Positions 46,960-57,777 of a stretch of DNA of 64,000 nucleotides are shown here, piece by piece. The notes under the pieces were generated by a model that saw only the letters and a list, made by a program, of their open reading frames with translations, did no database searches and was not told where the DNA came from. The position numbers were made by a program, and so were the translations under genes. This stretch comes from Candidatus Nomurabacteria bacterium (GTDB taxonomy: Bacteria > Patescibacteriota > Minisyncoccia > Phycocordibacterales > UBA5272), in assembly GCA_028286645.1 (NCBI GenBank), contig JAQBRF010000003.1, forward strand, positions 12,323-76,322. Direction: 5' to 3'. Each line of letters opens with the position of its first letter. Position 1 is the stretch's first letter.

Positions 46960-49323
46960 ATGTTCACAATTGTCACTTCATTATATAGATCTTCAGAGTA
47001 TTTACCGGGTTTTTTAGAAAAAACAGAAAAATTACATAAACAGCTTCATTTTAGGGGCGTTACTTTTGAACACATTATTATCACAAATGATATAACAAAA
47101 GAAGAGGATGAGATATTTAATAAACAGACATTAACCATCAGACGCATAGATGTGGCTCGCGAAACTCTATACGCTTCTTGGAATAGAGGAATCAAACTAA
47201 GCACTTACCCTTATATAACCTTCTGGAATGTTGATGATGACCGATATGTAGAAGCATTCGAAGAAGCTGAGGTACTATTAAAAAAAGAGAGAAAGGAAAT
47301 TATGTATTTCCCTTTTGTATACAAACGCTACATTGTTGCGGGTCCGATTAATATTTTAGTTAAAAAATACGTAGTTCACCCCGCTCTCTTTGATAAAGAA
47401 AGATTCCAGAGGGAAATGCATTTAGGGCCATTTTTTATATTGCACAAAAATATATTTGATACTATTGCTCTATTTAGAGAAGATTTAAAAATTACTGGAG
47501 ATTTTGAATTTAATAGACGTGCCGCAGAAATATATTCGTTTACACGTATGGACTCTATCGCAGGATCTTTTAATAGTTACGGGAAGGGTTTGTCTACTAC
47601 CAGTAAAGAACAAATATTTAAAGAAATCAATTCATACAATGAGCCCTCCCCCTCGCGCTCTCTGATTACTTCCTGCTCTAATAAGTTTTTCCCTTCAGTT
47701 ATAAACTTAATTGGGTCCATTAAAAAGAACTACCCTGCTCACCCGCCAATTTTTGTATATGATTTAGGATTATTCCCTTCTTTTAGGAAGGAGCTGTCTA
47801 AAATGGATAATGTAATAGTAGTTTCAATTCCTCCCTTTGCCCCTCATTATTTAAGTTGCTACACATGGAAAACATACATCCCACAACATCCAATAGCCGC
47901 ATTAAATTTATATCTCGATGCAGGAACACAAGTACAAAAGCCTCTTGATGAACTCTTTGAAAAGATTCAAACAAATGGCTATATGTTTGTTGACCAAGGA
48001 GACGAGGTTATAAATAAAGATATAATTTCTCCTGAATTAATTTCTAAATACGAAATATCAGAAGATGTTTTAAAACGTAAAGTAATCACCGCGGGGATTA
48101 TGGGTTTTACTAATTCTAACCAAAATATAGAGAAGCTATGGGACACTCTTTATACAGCTGGGAAAGAAGGAGATTGTCTTGGTTTTTCTAAGAATGAAAT
48201 GTGGAAGAGCAAAGGCAGAAATAAAACTGAGATAATAAGAGGCTGTAAAATATTCCGGCATGATACGACCATATTGTCTGTGCTTGCGCCATCGATTATA
48301 CATGATATAAAAGTTGAAGATATTAAAAACTTTTCACCTCTGATAACGGGAAGATCTCAATACATTTATAATTTAAGATTAAATTATAAATCCTTGCCAT
48401 ACATAAATACCCCTTTAAAAGAAACTTACAATTATTTAGAATCACTGGTTTACTACTTTAATAGGATATATATATACGGATTCATTTCTTTAAAAAGAAT
48501 TAGACACTACATCCCGACTTTATTTTTAAGTGGCGAGGAGACCATTCAATCAATATTTAACTTAAAGTTCATGGACGATCTTCATGAATATCCTTCACAA
48601 ACTAGCAATATCCGCTATTATCACTTTTTAAAAGCTAGAGTTATTAGAAAGTTTTTAAATAGATCCCAAAATCAAAATCCGATTTTAAATGTAAATCTTT
48701 TAGATGCGGGGGCAGGACGTGGGCCATATAGTTATTTAGCTTCGCCATTATTTGATACGGTCTATTGCGACGAAATGAATCTAAATGAACTTTCCATAGC
48801 AAGAGATCGCTTAAAAGAAAAAGCCAACATCTTATTTGAAAATAATAATTTAATTTCTACTAAATATCCTACTAATTTCTTTGATGCAATAACCTGTTCA
48901 GAAGTATTAGAACATATTGAAAAAAGATCTGCCGCTGTGAAAGAACTATATAGAATATTAAAGCCTAATGGAAGAGCTCTCATTTCTATGCCGCAAAAAA
49001 ATAGTCTGTTCTATATGTTTGCCCGATTTAAGCATAGAAAAATACTTAATAAAAAAGAAGAACAAATGACGCCCGACGAATGGGAATTTGCCCAACATTT
49101 TAAGTTTGACAGTAGAGATATTAAAAGATTATTAAAAGATGGAGGCTTTGAAATACTAACAACAAGCGGAGCCGCCACACTTCCTGTTGGAGAAAGAACA
49201 TTTTCGCTTCTGTATAATAAAGCCCCATTTTTACTTAATATATATATTCACTTAGAATTTCTTTTAGAGAAGCTATTCCCCTCTTTTTCTGCATTCTATT
49301 TTGTGGAAGTCAAAAAAGCATAA
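46960..49323 (+). CDS. Three-domain fusion: GT2-like, DUF1647-like GT-A and class I SAM methyltransferase
   Basis: LYASWNRGI..WNVDD; FVYDLGL..YTWK..YLDAG; LLDAGAGRG..CSEVLEHI..RILKPNG. Confidence 0.75.
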   Translation: MFTIVTSLYRSSEYLPGFLEKTEKLHKQLHFRGVTFEHIIITNDITKEEDEIFNKQTLTIRRIDVARETLYASWNRGIKLSTYPYITFWNVDDDRYVEAFEEAEVLLKKERKEIMYFPFVYKRYIVAGPINILVKKYVVHPALFDKERFQREMHLGPFFILHKNIFDTIALFREDLKITGDFEFNRRAAEIYSFTRMDSIAGSFNSYGKGLSTTSKEQIFKEINSYNEPSPSRSLITSCSNKFFPSVINLIGSIKKNYPAHPPIFVYDLGLFPSFRKELSKMDNVIVVSIPPFAPHYLSCYTWKTYIPQHPIAALNLYLDAGTQVQKPLDELFEKIQTNGYMFVDQGDEVINKDIISPELISKYEISEDVLKRKVITAGIMGFTNSNQNIEKLWDTLYTAGKEGDCLGFSKNEMWKSKGRNKTEIIRGCKIFRHDTTILSVLAPSIIHDIKVEDIKNFSPLITGRSQYIYNLRLNYKSLPYINTPLKETYNYLESLVYYFNRIYIYGFISLKRIRHYIPTLFLSGEETIQSIFNLKFMDDLHEYPSQTSNIRYYHFLKARVIRKFLNRSQNQNPILNVNLLDAGAGRGPYSYLASPLFDTVYCDEMNLNELSIARDRLKEKANILFENNNLISTKYPTNFFDAITCSEVLEHIEKRSAAVKELYRILKPNGRALISMPQKNSLFYMFARFKHRKILNKKEEQMTPDEWEFAQHFKFDSRDIKRLLKDGGFEILTTSGAATLPVGERTFSLLYNKAPFLLNIYIHLEFLLEKLFPSFSAFYFVEVKKA

Positions 49324-49364
49324 ATCACCCGTTAGTTTAAAAGTGTTATTATAGAAGCATAAAC

Positions 49365-50303
49365 ATGAAAGTCATTACACTGGTTCCAGTAAAAAATGAA
49401 GAGTGGATACTTCCTTATAGTTTAAAAAACTTCTCATCATTTTCTGATGTCATTATAATGGCAGACCAGAGATCTACAGACAACACAGTCGCAATTTGCA
49501 AAACCTTTGATAAAGTGCGAGTAATAGAAAATCCATATAAAGAACACACTAATGAGATTAGATGGCTACTTCTTGATGAGGCCCGTAAATACGAAGGTGA
49601 TAAAATTATAATTTGTTTAGACGCTGATGAGCTAATCAGCCCTGACGCCATTATAGAAATGAAAAGGTGGGCAGCCGACACAAATAGTCCTATTGGATTT
49701 TCTTCTAGATGGATTCAGGCTTACGGGTCTATAAAAACTTATCGAGAGGATGGAGTATGGAAAGATAATTATAAGCCCTTTGCCTTTTTAGATTCTCCTT
49801 CGCTTGATTATAATCGCGTCACTGTCACCAACGACCATGCCCCTAGAATTCCTTATATAGAAAATATGCATGTTTTATCTTCGCCTATTATCCATCTTCA
49901 ATATCTTGCCAGATTACGATCGGAGCTTAAACAGGCATTCTATATGTGCAAAGAACTCTTAGAAGGAAGAAGTCCGAGAGCTATAAACTACCGGTATTCA
50001 GCTGCCAAGTTTTCAAATAAAATTCCAATAAAATCTATAGATGAAAAATGGTTAGCTGGAATACAAATTCCCGGAAATGACATATTTGCTTCATATGATC
50101 CAAACAAACTAAGTGATATACGACATTTATTTGATCAAAAAGGAATTCTCTACTTTGAAAATCTTGATATTTGGGATATAGAACTGCTAAAAAAAGATTT
50201 CGTAGAAAAGACTGGCAGGCTCCCTTATCCCAAAAAATATCCACTTTTCCTGGTAAAAGCTAACAATATAAAAAACAAAATCAAAAGTGCTATAATGCAT
50301 TAA
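49365..50303 (+). CDS. Glycosyltransferase family 2
   Basis: PVKNEE, STDNT, LDADE. Confidence 0.88.
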   Translation: MKVITLVPVKNEEWILPYSLKNFSSFSDVIIMADQRSTDNTVAICKTFDKVRVIENPYKEHTNEIRWLLLDEARKYEGDKIIICLDADELISPDAIIEMKRWAADTNSPIGFSSRWIQAYGSIKTYREDGVWKDNYKPFAFLDSPSLDYNRVTVTNDHAPRIPYIENMHVLSSPIIHLQYLARLRSELKQAFYMCKELLEGRSPRAINYRYSAAKFSNKIPIKSIDEKWLAGIQIPGNDIFASYDPNKLSDIRHLFDQKGILYFENLDIWDIELLKKDFVEKTGRLPYPKKYPLFLVKANNIKNKIKSAIMH

Positions 50304-50309
50304 AATTAT

Positions 50310-51239
50310 ATGAATAATCAAGAAAGAGAAGAACTGAAGAAAAAGATCCTAAAACGATATGAGCTCTATAAACTTCAAGGAAGCCGATTTAAAAGGATTT
50401 TAAAAGATCCTTTTAGGACAATTATTTATTACATAATGCAGGCAGCTGGATATATACATCCTTACAAAGTAAATTATAAAACCATGTGGGGAGATAAGAT
50501 GTCATTTTATTTACCTGAAGGAGGAGCAATCTACTATTATGGATTTTTTGAAGCGAACTTAAGCAATTTCCTTATTAATTTCTTGCATCCCGGAGACGTA
50601 TTTTTAGATGTTGGAGCACATGTTGGGTACTATACAATGCTTGCTAGCAGCCTAGTAGAGGAAAGTGGGAAAGTTTATAGTTTTGAACCTACCCCCAGAA
50701 CATTTGAGAGTTTAAAAAATAATGCGGCAGCCAAAAAAAATATAGTTGTAAATAATAATGCAGTTTTTAATGAAGAAACGGAAATTGAGTTTTTTGATTA
50801 CGGACCAAAATATAGCGCATTTAATTCTTTCCAGGCAAGAACTAGCGAAGACATTTATTTTAAAGATGAGGCGAAAAGAATTCTTGTTAAGACCATACCG
50901 CTAGACTTGTATTGCCAAAGAAATTCTATTTTACCCACTATAATAAAAATAGATGCAGAAGGGTCAGAGCATTTAATCTTAGAAACAATGATCAATTTAC
51001 TGGATAAGGCTCATACATTAGTTACTATTGAAGTTGCGGGCGGAGAAGAATGGAAAGATAACTGCTCCAAATCTATCAATATTTTACTTTCTCACGGGTA
51101 TGTTCCTTTTGAGATTTCCTTAGATGGATACTTAAAGCCTCATACTATCAAAGATGTTTATGGGTATGATAACCTTTTATTTGCTCATAAAGAACACCTA
51201 GATAAAATCGCCAAGGTCTTGGAGGAGGTCAAGCAGTAG
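50310..51239 (+). CDS. FkbM family methyltransferase
   Basis: LDVGAHVGYY, SFEP, IKIDAEGSE. Confidence 0.92.
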   Translation: MNNQEREELKKKILKRYELYKLQGSRFKRILKDPFRTIIYYIMQAAGYIHPYKVNYKTMWGDKMSFYLPEGGAIYYYGFFEANLSNFLINFLHPGDVFLDVGAHVGYYTMLASSLVEESGKVYSFEPTPRTFESLKNNAAAKKNIVVNNNAVFNEETEIEFFDYGPKYSAFNSFQARTSEDIYFKDEAKRILVKTIPLDLYCQRNSILPTIIKIDAEGSEHLILETMINLLDKAHTLVTIEVAGGEEWKDNCSKSINILLSHGYVPFEISLDGYLKPHTIKDVYGYDNLLFAHKEHLDKIAKVLEEVKQ

Positions 51240-51244
51240 TCTTA

Positions 51245-52498
51245 ATGAATATGAGAGAAAAAATAAAATTCCTTCTTAAACATTCTCCTATATTTATAAA
51301 GACTTCGATTCTTCATCTGAGGGAGGGCTATTTTTCATTTGTTTCTTCTATAAAAGAAGGAAGGCAATACCCTAATATAATTAAAACTAGGCAGCTTAGA
51401 AAAGAAGTCAGGAACATTCTCATTTATCATATCTCTGGCATGAGTTTTGGCGGCACCGAAAAGGGTCTACAATTAATAGCAAATAACTTAACTGATGAAT
51501 ATACAGTTTACTTTATGTACTCAAGTAAAAGCTTATCGAAAAGACAACAGGAGCTAATGAATCAGAAAGTCCATCTTATAGAATTTACTTATTCGGACGT
51601 AGAAAGCAAATTCCCTTATTTTATCCACGGCATGAACCCGCATGTGAAGGATATCATCAACCAAAAAAATATTGATTTATTTATTACTGCGGACGCTGGC
51701 CATTCCCAGTATCCATTTAACACAATAAAAGATATCCCGATTATAATGATTAATATATTCGGTTCTCCCACCCTTCAGAAAAACATTGTGGCAAATGTTT
51801 TCCTCTCAGAAACTGTAAAAAAATATTCAGAGCAATTTACAGGCAAAAGAGAGAGTAACGAGGTGGCTTTTCTTCCGGTCTCTCCTCCAGAAATTGACAC
51901 GGAAAAAACTGGCGAAGAATTAAGAGAAAAACTTAATATAAAAGTAGCAGACTTTGTTTTTGGAAGGATTGGAAGAGATTCAGATAGCATATTCGATCCG
52001 ATCGGCATAGAAGCATTTAAAAAAGTCGTTAAAGAGCTCCCGAATTCACATTATTTAATCATGTCTCCACCGCCTATTCTTGTAGAAAAAGTTAAAAAAG
52101 AGAAGATCCCTAATGTCCACTTCGTAGAAAAGGGCGGTAATATTTGGGAATTTTATGGGGCGATTGATTGTTTAGCACATTTCCGGTTAGACGGTGAGAC
52201 TTCAGGTCTTAATATTGCTGAAGCAATGTATATAGGCAAGCCCATCATTTCTCACAAATCCCACATTTGGAATGCTCATTTAGAATATTTAGATAATAAA
52301 TTTTCTCGCGTAGCAGAAAAGGATGACATACTCCAATACAAATCTTACATGGAAGAATTTATAAACATCAAGAAAAATCGACCAGAGGAGTGGGGCGAAA
52401 TGAAAGAAGAAGCAAGGAGAGTAGCTGAGGAAAAATTTTCTGAAAAGAAGTATGTGGAAACTATTAAGAAGGTAATAAGTTCTATAGAACTAAAATAA
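51245..52498 (+). CDS. Glycosyltransferase family 4 (GT-B)
   Basis: FGGTEK, GETSGLNIAEAMYIGKPII. Confidence 0.85.
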   Translation: MNMREKIKFLLKHSPIFIKTSILHLREGYFSFVSSIKEGRQYPNIIKTRQLRKEVRNILIYHISGMSFGGTEKGLQLIANNLTDEYTVYFMYSSKSLSKRQQELMNQKVHLIEFTYSDVESKFPYFIHGMNPHVKDIINQKNIDLFITADAGHSQYPFNTIKDIPIIMINIFGSPTLQKNIVANVFLSETVKKYSEQFTGKRESNEVAFLPVSPPEIDTEKTGEELREKLNIKVADFVFGRIGRDSDSIFDPIGIEAFKKVVKELPNSHYLIMSPPPILVEKVKKEKIPNVHFVEKGGNIWEFYGAIDCLAHFRLDGETSGLNIAEAMYIGKPIISHKSHIWNAHLEYLDNKFSRVAEKDDILQYKSYMEEFINIKKNRPEEWGEMKEEARRVAEEKFSEKKYVETIKKVISSIELK

Positions 52499-53869
52499 TC
52501 CCTTTATCCAACTAACAAGCCGGGTATCCTTTTGAGACTTTGAGGTTGAAGCCGCCATAGGTATGGATGATACGGTATTCGTAGATGAGTCCACGACCTT
52601 AGTGCTGGTCGCCATAGTCGCAGATTTCACTTTTGAAACTTTTACCGAGGCTTTTTTTGCCTTTGTTACAGTTTTACTGAGAGCTGGTTTTTTAATTTCC
52701 TGAAATACCGGCATAGTTGTAGTCGCTACCCCTAGAACAATTTGTTCTGGTACTTTTGGAATATATCTTGTGACTTCTTCCAAGGTAGGGAAAAGTATTC
52801 TTACTTCTGTAGATGACCAAATTGTCGTACTCGCAAAACCGAGAGCCAGTCCTGAAATTCTTGTAGTAGCCCCTCCTGGAATAAGGGTGTTTTTAGGAAA
52901 TGGATAAATAGCCCCTCCGACAGAAAGCTTCCATTGTGAAAAGTCCAAATCATATCTATTAGGATTTATTACATCTATATAAGATCCATATTTGCCCGAA
53001 CCAGTATTTACAATTGAAATATCTGGAGGTATTACAGTTACAATCATTCTGCCAATACCTAAAATAAGACCATTCCCCACTTCTGCTTGAGCGATATATC
53101 TACCTGGATATGCATATGCATATTCTGTTGTGGTTCCATTTGCCTGCCCACCGTCCCCAAATGCCCATGTGACATTTGGATTGTCTATGTTTCTTCCTGC
53201 GCGTGTCATAGCCGCAACAGAAAAAGTTGAGAGAGCGCCTGCTACTACCACCTTTTCAGGTGCCATATAAATCATAATATCTGAACTTGGCGGAGAAGTT
53301 TGTTTTATCGTTCCTTGATTATCCGTAGTAGTTGCATTTGGAGTAATCGGAGCAATGGTTGTGCTAGTAGAAGTATTAGAAGAGATTTCATTAACAGACC
53401 CGGGAGTTCCATTTCCTTTCACCCATAAACTATTTATTAAAGAAAGTGTTGTCCCATCATCATTACCTCCAAGCGTTGGATTATATGTAACTGAATCAAT
53501 GATTGCACCCGTGTTATCTTTTACAGCAAGTGGTTCACCAGTATTTGATAAAGAAAACGAACTGTCATAAAGCACCCCAGTATAAGAAGGAAAATCAATT
53601 AGAAACTTAGCAGGATTATCTGCAATGACTGCGTAACTATTTGAATTCAGTTTCCCCGACCCCGCAAAAGAAGTAATGCCATGATTCGTATTGCTCTCAT
53701 TAAATTTCCAAGCAGTTAAGTCAATATCATTACTAGTGTCGTTATAAATTTCTACCCACTCTCTTCCGGCATCAGACCCTTGCGGGTCATACATTATTTC
53801 AGAAATATATAAAGCATGTGTCATTATGACACCGGAACAAATAACTAATAAGGTTATTGTGTACCTCAT
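52490..53869 (-). CDS. Secreted lamin-tail-domain plus PKD-domain protein
   Basis: ISEIMYDP.GSD..REWVEIYN, LSNTGE; WAFGDG...YAYPGRY. Confidence 0.85.
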   Translation of the reverse strand: MRYTITLLVICSGVIMTHALYISEIMYDPQGSDAGREWVEIYNDTSNDIDLTAWKFNESNTNHGITSFAGSGKLNSNSYAVIADNPAKFLIDFPSYTGVLYDSSFSLSNTGEPLAVKDNTGAIIDSVTYNPTLGGNDDGTTLSLINSLWVKGNGTPGSVNEISSNTSTSTTIAPITPNATTTDNQGTIKQTSPPSSDIMIYMAPEKVVVAGALSTFSVAAMTRAGRNIDNPNVTWAFGDGGQANGTTTEYAYAYPGRYIAQAEVGNGLILGIGRMIVTVIPPDISIVNTGSGKYGSYIDVINPNRYDLDFSQWKLSVGGAIYPFPKNTLIPGGATTRISGLALGFASTTIWSSTEVRILFPTLEEVTRYIPKVPEQIVLGVATTTMPVFQEIKKPALSKTVTKAKKASVKVSKVKSATMATSTKVVDSSTNTVSSIPMAASTSKSQKDTRLVSWIKGLF

Positions 53870-53885
53870 AAAAATGATTTAATTA

Positions 53886-55667
53886 TTATTCTATAAGTTT
53901 CCGAAGTACATCCTCCGGAACTTCTGCACTTATCTTTTGAGTAGCGACTTTAGTTTCTACACTTACTTTTACATCTTTGTCTTCTGCGTTACCTTCTACT
54001 TTTTCTTTTTTATGTTCCTCCATTGCGCGAGCCAATGCATCTTTTAATGACATAGCTGGTGTGCCCCCGACTTCTGCCGGCTTCCTTTCTTCGGTTCGTT
54101 CTTCTCTTCTAGGATTATTTCTCGGAGCTCTTTGAGCCCTTCTGTCTTCCTGTCTCCTTCTTTCCTCTTCTCTTCTTTTTTCATCTTCTGCTATATTTTT
54201 CCTATCAAGCTCCATCATTGCTTTAGCCTGCGAATCTTCCTGATTAGTAGGTTCAGGTTTATATTCTCTTCTTGGAGGCAATGGTGTATCATTCCTTATC
54301 TGCCTTACATTTACCTGTCTTTCTGTAGGCTCTTCTCTTCTTTTTTCTTCTTTTATAACCGGTTTGTAAAAATCATTAATTTCTTGCTCAACTTCGGCAA
54401 CAGGTCTTCCATAAGCTTTCCTGGAATACGCTATAACAGCCTGAGCTGAAGAAATGGCAGGCTTTTGGATCGCAGGGAGTGTGTGGGCAGAAAATGGCCT
54501 AGAGCCTTGTCCATCTATCATCAGTCTTAAATATACCTGATAGGCGGAAAGGTTAACGAAGTCATCGAGTATAAAGTATGGAGCGAACTCTTTCTCGAAC
54601 ATTTCCGCATCCGTCGCGCCCACGCGAAATACTATCATCGTTCCCACGTTTCCAAATACCGCCGACTTCACTTCGTCTGTCATCTGTTCTACATATTGGT
54701 GGGCAACCGTTAAAGCGAGATTGTACTTTCTGGCTTCAGATAAAATACTTGCGAACGATTCATTGGCGAAGTTTTGGAATTCATCCACGTACAAATAAAA
54801 TGGCGGAAGACTTTCAAGCTCATACGGACCGGCGTCTGCTCGTGACATTGCAGCTAGGTAAATTTTCGTAATTAAAAGTGATCCGATCAAATTCGCATTT
54901 CCCTCTCCTACTTTTCCTTTAGAAAGGTTAACTATTAGAATCTTTTTAGTATCCATGGCGTCTCGCAAATCAATAGAAGTGCGCTGCTGTCCGACAATAT
55001 TTCTGATGAGAGGATTTCCAGCAAATTGTCCCACTTTGTTTTGTATGGCCGGCGCTGCTTCTTGAGCGAATCTTTCTGAGTAGTTCGCATATTCCTTTTC
55101 CCAGAATTCTTTAACTGTCGGATCTGTTACATTAGAAACAATCCACTTTCTATAATCTTTATCAGTAAGCATTCTGTTTACCCCGAGCAAGCTCTGCCCA
55201 TCATTTTCAAGCAAGGCCAAAATTATATTATTTAAAATGTATTCCATTCGGGCACTGAATGTCCCCTTTCCATCCGAATCTACGAATGTTTTCTTAAATG
55301 CAGCCATAATGCCGTTTGCCACTAAGTGCCGCTTTTCCTTATCTACTTTTTCCAAAACATTCAACCCAATTGGAGAGTCGGTATCAAATGGTGCAAAGTA
55401 AATCACATCTTTTATGCGAGATTCTGGGATAAAGTCCAGCATTTTTTCCGCCATGCTTCCGTGAGGATCGATTATACACACCCCTTCTCCGTTTTGAATA
55501 TCTTGCACGGCCATATTTTCAAGCAAGGTGGATTTACCCATACCTGTTTTACCAATGATATATGTATGGCGAGTTCGGTCTCCTTTTTTTATGCCGAATG
55601 TAACCGCTTTATTGCGATAATCAATCTTGCCAAGATATGTTAACTTTTCTGGAATAGGTTCAGCCAT
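53886..55667 (-). CDS. VirD4/TraD/TrwB-like ATPase (type IV coupling-protein family)
   Basis: IIGKTGMGKST, IDPHG, LYVDEFQNF, SEARKY, AHQY. Confidence 0.88.
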   Translation of the reverse strand: MAEPIPEKLTYLGKIDYRNKAVTFGIKKGDRTRHTYIIGKTGMGKSTLLENMAVQDIQNGEGVCIIDPHGSMAEKMLDFIPESRIKDVIYFAPFDTDSPIGLNVLEKVDKEKRHLVANGIMAAFKKTFVDSDGKGTFSARMEYILNNIILALLENDGQSLLGVNRMLTDKDYRKWIVSNVTDPTVKEFWEKEYANYSERFAQEAAPAIQNKVGQFAGNPLIRNIVGQQRTSIDLRDAMDTKKILIVNLSKGKVGEGNANLIGSLLITKIYLAAMSRADAGPYELESLPPFYLYVDEFQNFANESFASILSEARKYNLALTVAHQYVEQMTDEVKSAVFGNVGTMIVFRVGATDAEMFEKEFAPYFILDDFVNLSAYQVYLRLMIDGQGSRPFSAHTLPAIQKPAISSAQAVIAYSRKAYGRPVAEVEQEINDFYKPVIKEEKRREEPTERQVNVRQIRNDTPLPPRREYKPEPTNQEDSQAKAMMELDRKNIAEDEKRREEERRRQEDRRAQRAPRNNPRREERTEERKPAEVGGTPAMSLKDALARAMEEHKKEKVEGNAEDKDVKVSVETKVATQKISAEVPEDVLRKLIE

Positions 55668-55694
55668 TGTGTACTAGTTTACAGTTTTCTGTTG

Positions 55695-56174
55695 TCAGTT
55701 ACCAGGGAATTGCTTACCATATTTCCTGATAAATCTTTGCCTATCTTTTAGAGTGTCAAACCAAAAAATAGTAGGATATTTTTTCTTTCCCTTTCTTATT
55801 AAGGCCTCATAACGATGATTCCCATCTCTTATAGAGAGGATGGGCCACGGTTGTGGATTAACAATCAGAACTGGCACCTCCCATCCTTTTTCTATTCCTT
55901 TCACCATATCATTTGCTCTTTTATTAAATTTCTTTAGTGGTTCTGGATACTCCATACTTTCTTCAGGGCCACAACATCGAGTAAGTTCTTTTAGTGGAAA
56001 ATTAATTGGCCCTATCCAAGAATGGTAACCCTTCTCTTTTCTAAGTTTTAATCCTTTGGCCATTCCTTTATTAATCCCAGGGCCGTGAAGAAATTCAAAC
56101 ACCCAGTCGTCTAGTTTTCCTTCTTTTGCATAAGCTTTCACTTCCTTTATGGAGAAATCGTATAACTTTTTCAT
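55695..56174 (-). CDS. ParB/Srx-like nuclease-domain protein
   Basis: PVLIV...IRDGNHRYEAL. Confidence 0.7.
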   Translation of the reverse strand: MKKLYDFSIKEVKAYAKEGKLDDWVFEFLHGPGINKGMAKGLKLRKEKGYHSWIGPINFPLKELTRCCGPEESMEYPEPLKKFNKRANDMVKGIEKGWEVPVLIVNPQPWPILSIRDGNHRYEALIRKGKKKYPTIFWFDTLKDRQRFIRKYGKQFPGN

Positions 56175-56227
56175 TTGTTTATTATATATTGTTTTTTGAA
56201 AAAAGCTCCGACAATTAAAGGTTTCAA

Positions 56228-56349
56228 AGAGCCATAAATTGTTTCAGATTCTAGGCGCGGAGAAAAGTTTTTTGTAGGCGTACTCTGACGTACGACGGAG
56301 AAAAACTAGAGGCTCCGCAACAACGAAGATGAGATAATTTATTGACTCT
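56228..56349. mobile_element. Putative MITE-like element of about 120 bp
   Basis: Imperfect terminal inverted repeats agagccataaattgtttca / tgagataatttattgactct; internal gcggag/ctccgc and cgtac/gtacg stems. Confidence 0.55.
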
Positions 56350-57517
56350 TAAGCGCTCCTAAGGTGTACGAATTCGCCGGATCCCAAAGCATCCAAGAAT
56401 TTATCCCTAATTTATATCCCGCATCAATTTGAGCTCGCACCATTTCAGCTGTGTATGTCGCTCCTAAATCAAAATCTTGATAAAACGGACGATACTTGGC
56501 TATATAAATCGAAGGATCCTGACCAGTACTCGACGCGACTTCTTGCGCGATTTTCACTCCAGCACTCATTGAATAAGTAATAATTTCTCCTGGGTGGTCT
56601 GCTGGATTCTTAAATCCATCTGTCCCTTCATAAAAGTGCGATGGATAAACCATTGGCGAAACATAATCAAATGTCTGAAGCGCCACATGCATATCCTGTC
56701 CAAGAGTTTTAATATCCACAGTTGTAAGCATTACAATGCCGAAGATATCTGCAGAAACGGGAATCTTTTCTTTGTGCAATGCATCCGTTATATATCGATA
56801 GAAATCTCCCACTACACCCGCTTTATCATTTAATCCTCTATCTCCAGAAATGGGGAATGTCATATCGGACAATTTACCGTCCGTTGGGAAGCGGATATAA
56901 TCTAAATTTATCTCATCAAACCCGCGGGCATATGCCTGTTTGGAAATGTCTAGTAGGTAATCCCACATGAGCTTATCTCCAGTATCTACCCATGGCACCC
57001 CTTTATTGTCCTTCCAGACGCCTCCTGTTGATTTAGAATGAACTGCCTCATCTGGGTGCGCCTTTACATAAGCAGGATCTTGAAATGCAGCGACGCGCCC
57101 TATTACATAAATATTTTTACTGTGGAGCTCTTTAACGAAATCATCCAAGTCTGAAACTCTCCCGTCCCATGAGACAAGTCCGGTATTATCCTTTACATCA
57201 ATCACCACTGCATTTACTTCTGTTGTATTAATAATCTTTACAAGCTTCGCTCGAAATGTTTTATCGCTTGCGACCCATGAAGACATATAAATCGCTTTTA
57301 CATTTACTGGAGTTTTAATGTGGGTAATTTCCACAGTTGCCGCCTCTCCTTTTACATTTGGTAAAATTGAATCGGCAGCATTCTTTGTCGAGCTTCCATT
57401 TGTATTAAAATATTCTGTGCCTAAGCTTTTAGAAAATCCGAGATCTTTATATCCGCTGACCGACATCCAGACGAAAAGAAGAAGTGCTATACCTATGATC
57501 CCAAATATGAACCTCAT
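56339..57517 (-). CDS. Putative glycoside hydrolase (DUF4015-like TIM barrel), N-terminal anchor
   Basis: NAVVIDVKD, GFDEINLDYIRFP, SPMVYPSHF, WMLWDPAN.Y. Confidence 0.85.
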   Translation of the reverse strand: MRFIFGIIGIALLLFVWMSVSGYKDLGFSKSLGTEYFNTNGSSTKNAADSILPNVKGEAATVEITHIKTPVNVKAIYMSSWVASDKTFRAKLVKIINTTEVNAVVIDVKDNTGLVSWDGRVSDLDDFVKELHSKNIYVIGRVAAFQDPAYVKAHPDEAVHSKSTGGVWKDNKGVPWVDTGDKLMWDYLLDISKQAYARGFDEINLDYIRFPTDGKLSDMTFPISGDRGLNDKAGVVGDFYRYITDALHKEKIPVSADIFGIVMLTTVDIKTLGQDMHVALQTFDYVSPMVYPSHFYEGTDGFKNPADHPGEIITYSMSAGVKIAQEVASSTGQDPSIYIAKYRPFYQDFDLGATYTAEMVRAQIDAGYKLGINSWMLWDPANSYTLGALKSQ

Positions 57518-57732
57518 GAGACTCGCCTATCAAGAGTTGGGGTTACAGGAGTGCTTTCGTTTTCGGGAGACGCAGGCACATATACGACCTTTTTACGCAA
57601 ATCAAGAGTACTTACAAATAGAAGTACTCCGGCAACTATAAATACTACATCTTTAAAAATGCTTGGAATGAATATCCATGGAGAAAGTATTAGGACAATG
57701 GCGACAGTTCGTTGTATTCCTCTAGGTGACAT
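57514..57732 (-). CDS. Small two-TM membrane protein
   Basis: Start MSPRGIQR has TATACT 10 nt upstream; overlaps the next gene by 4 nt. Confidence 0.65.
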   Translation of the reverse strand: MSPRGIQRTVAIVLILSPWIFIPSIFKDVVFIVAGVLLFVSTLDLRKKVVYVPASPENESTPVTPTLDRRVS

Positions 57733-57777
57733 AATTAGAAATAGTATACAGAGTAATTTAACTTTGGTAAACCCAAT

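Noticed and set aside
53886-55667. Conjugative element implied by the VirD4-like ATPase
   Set aside because: No relaxase, VirB4 or mating-pair genes nearby; stand-alone copies are common in CPR chromosomes.
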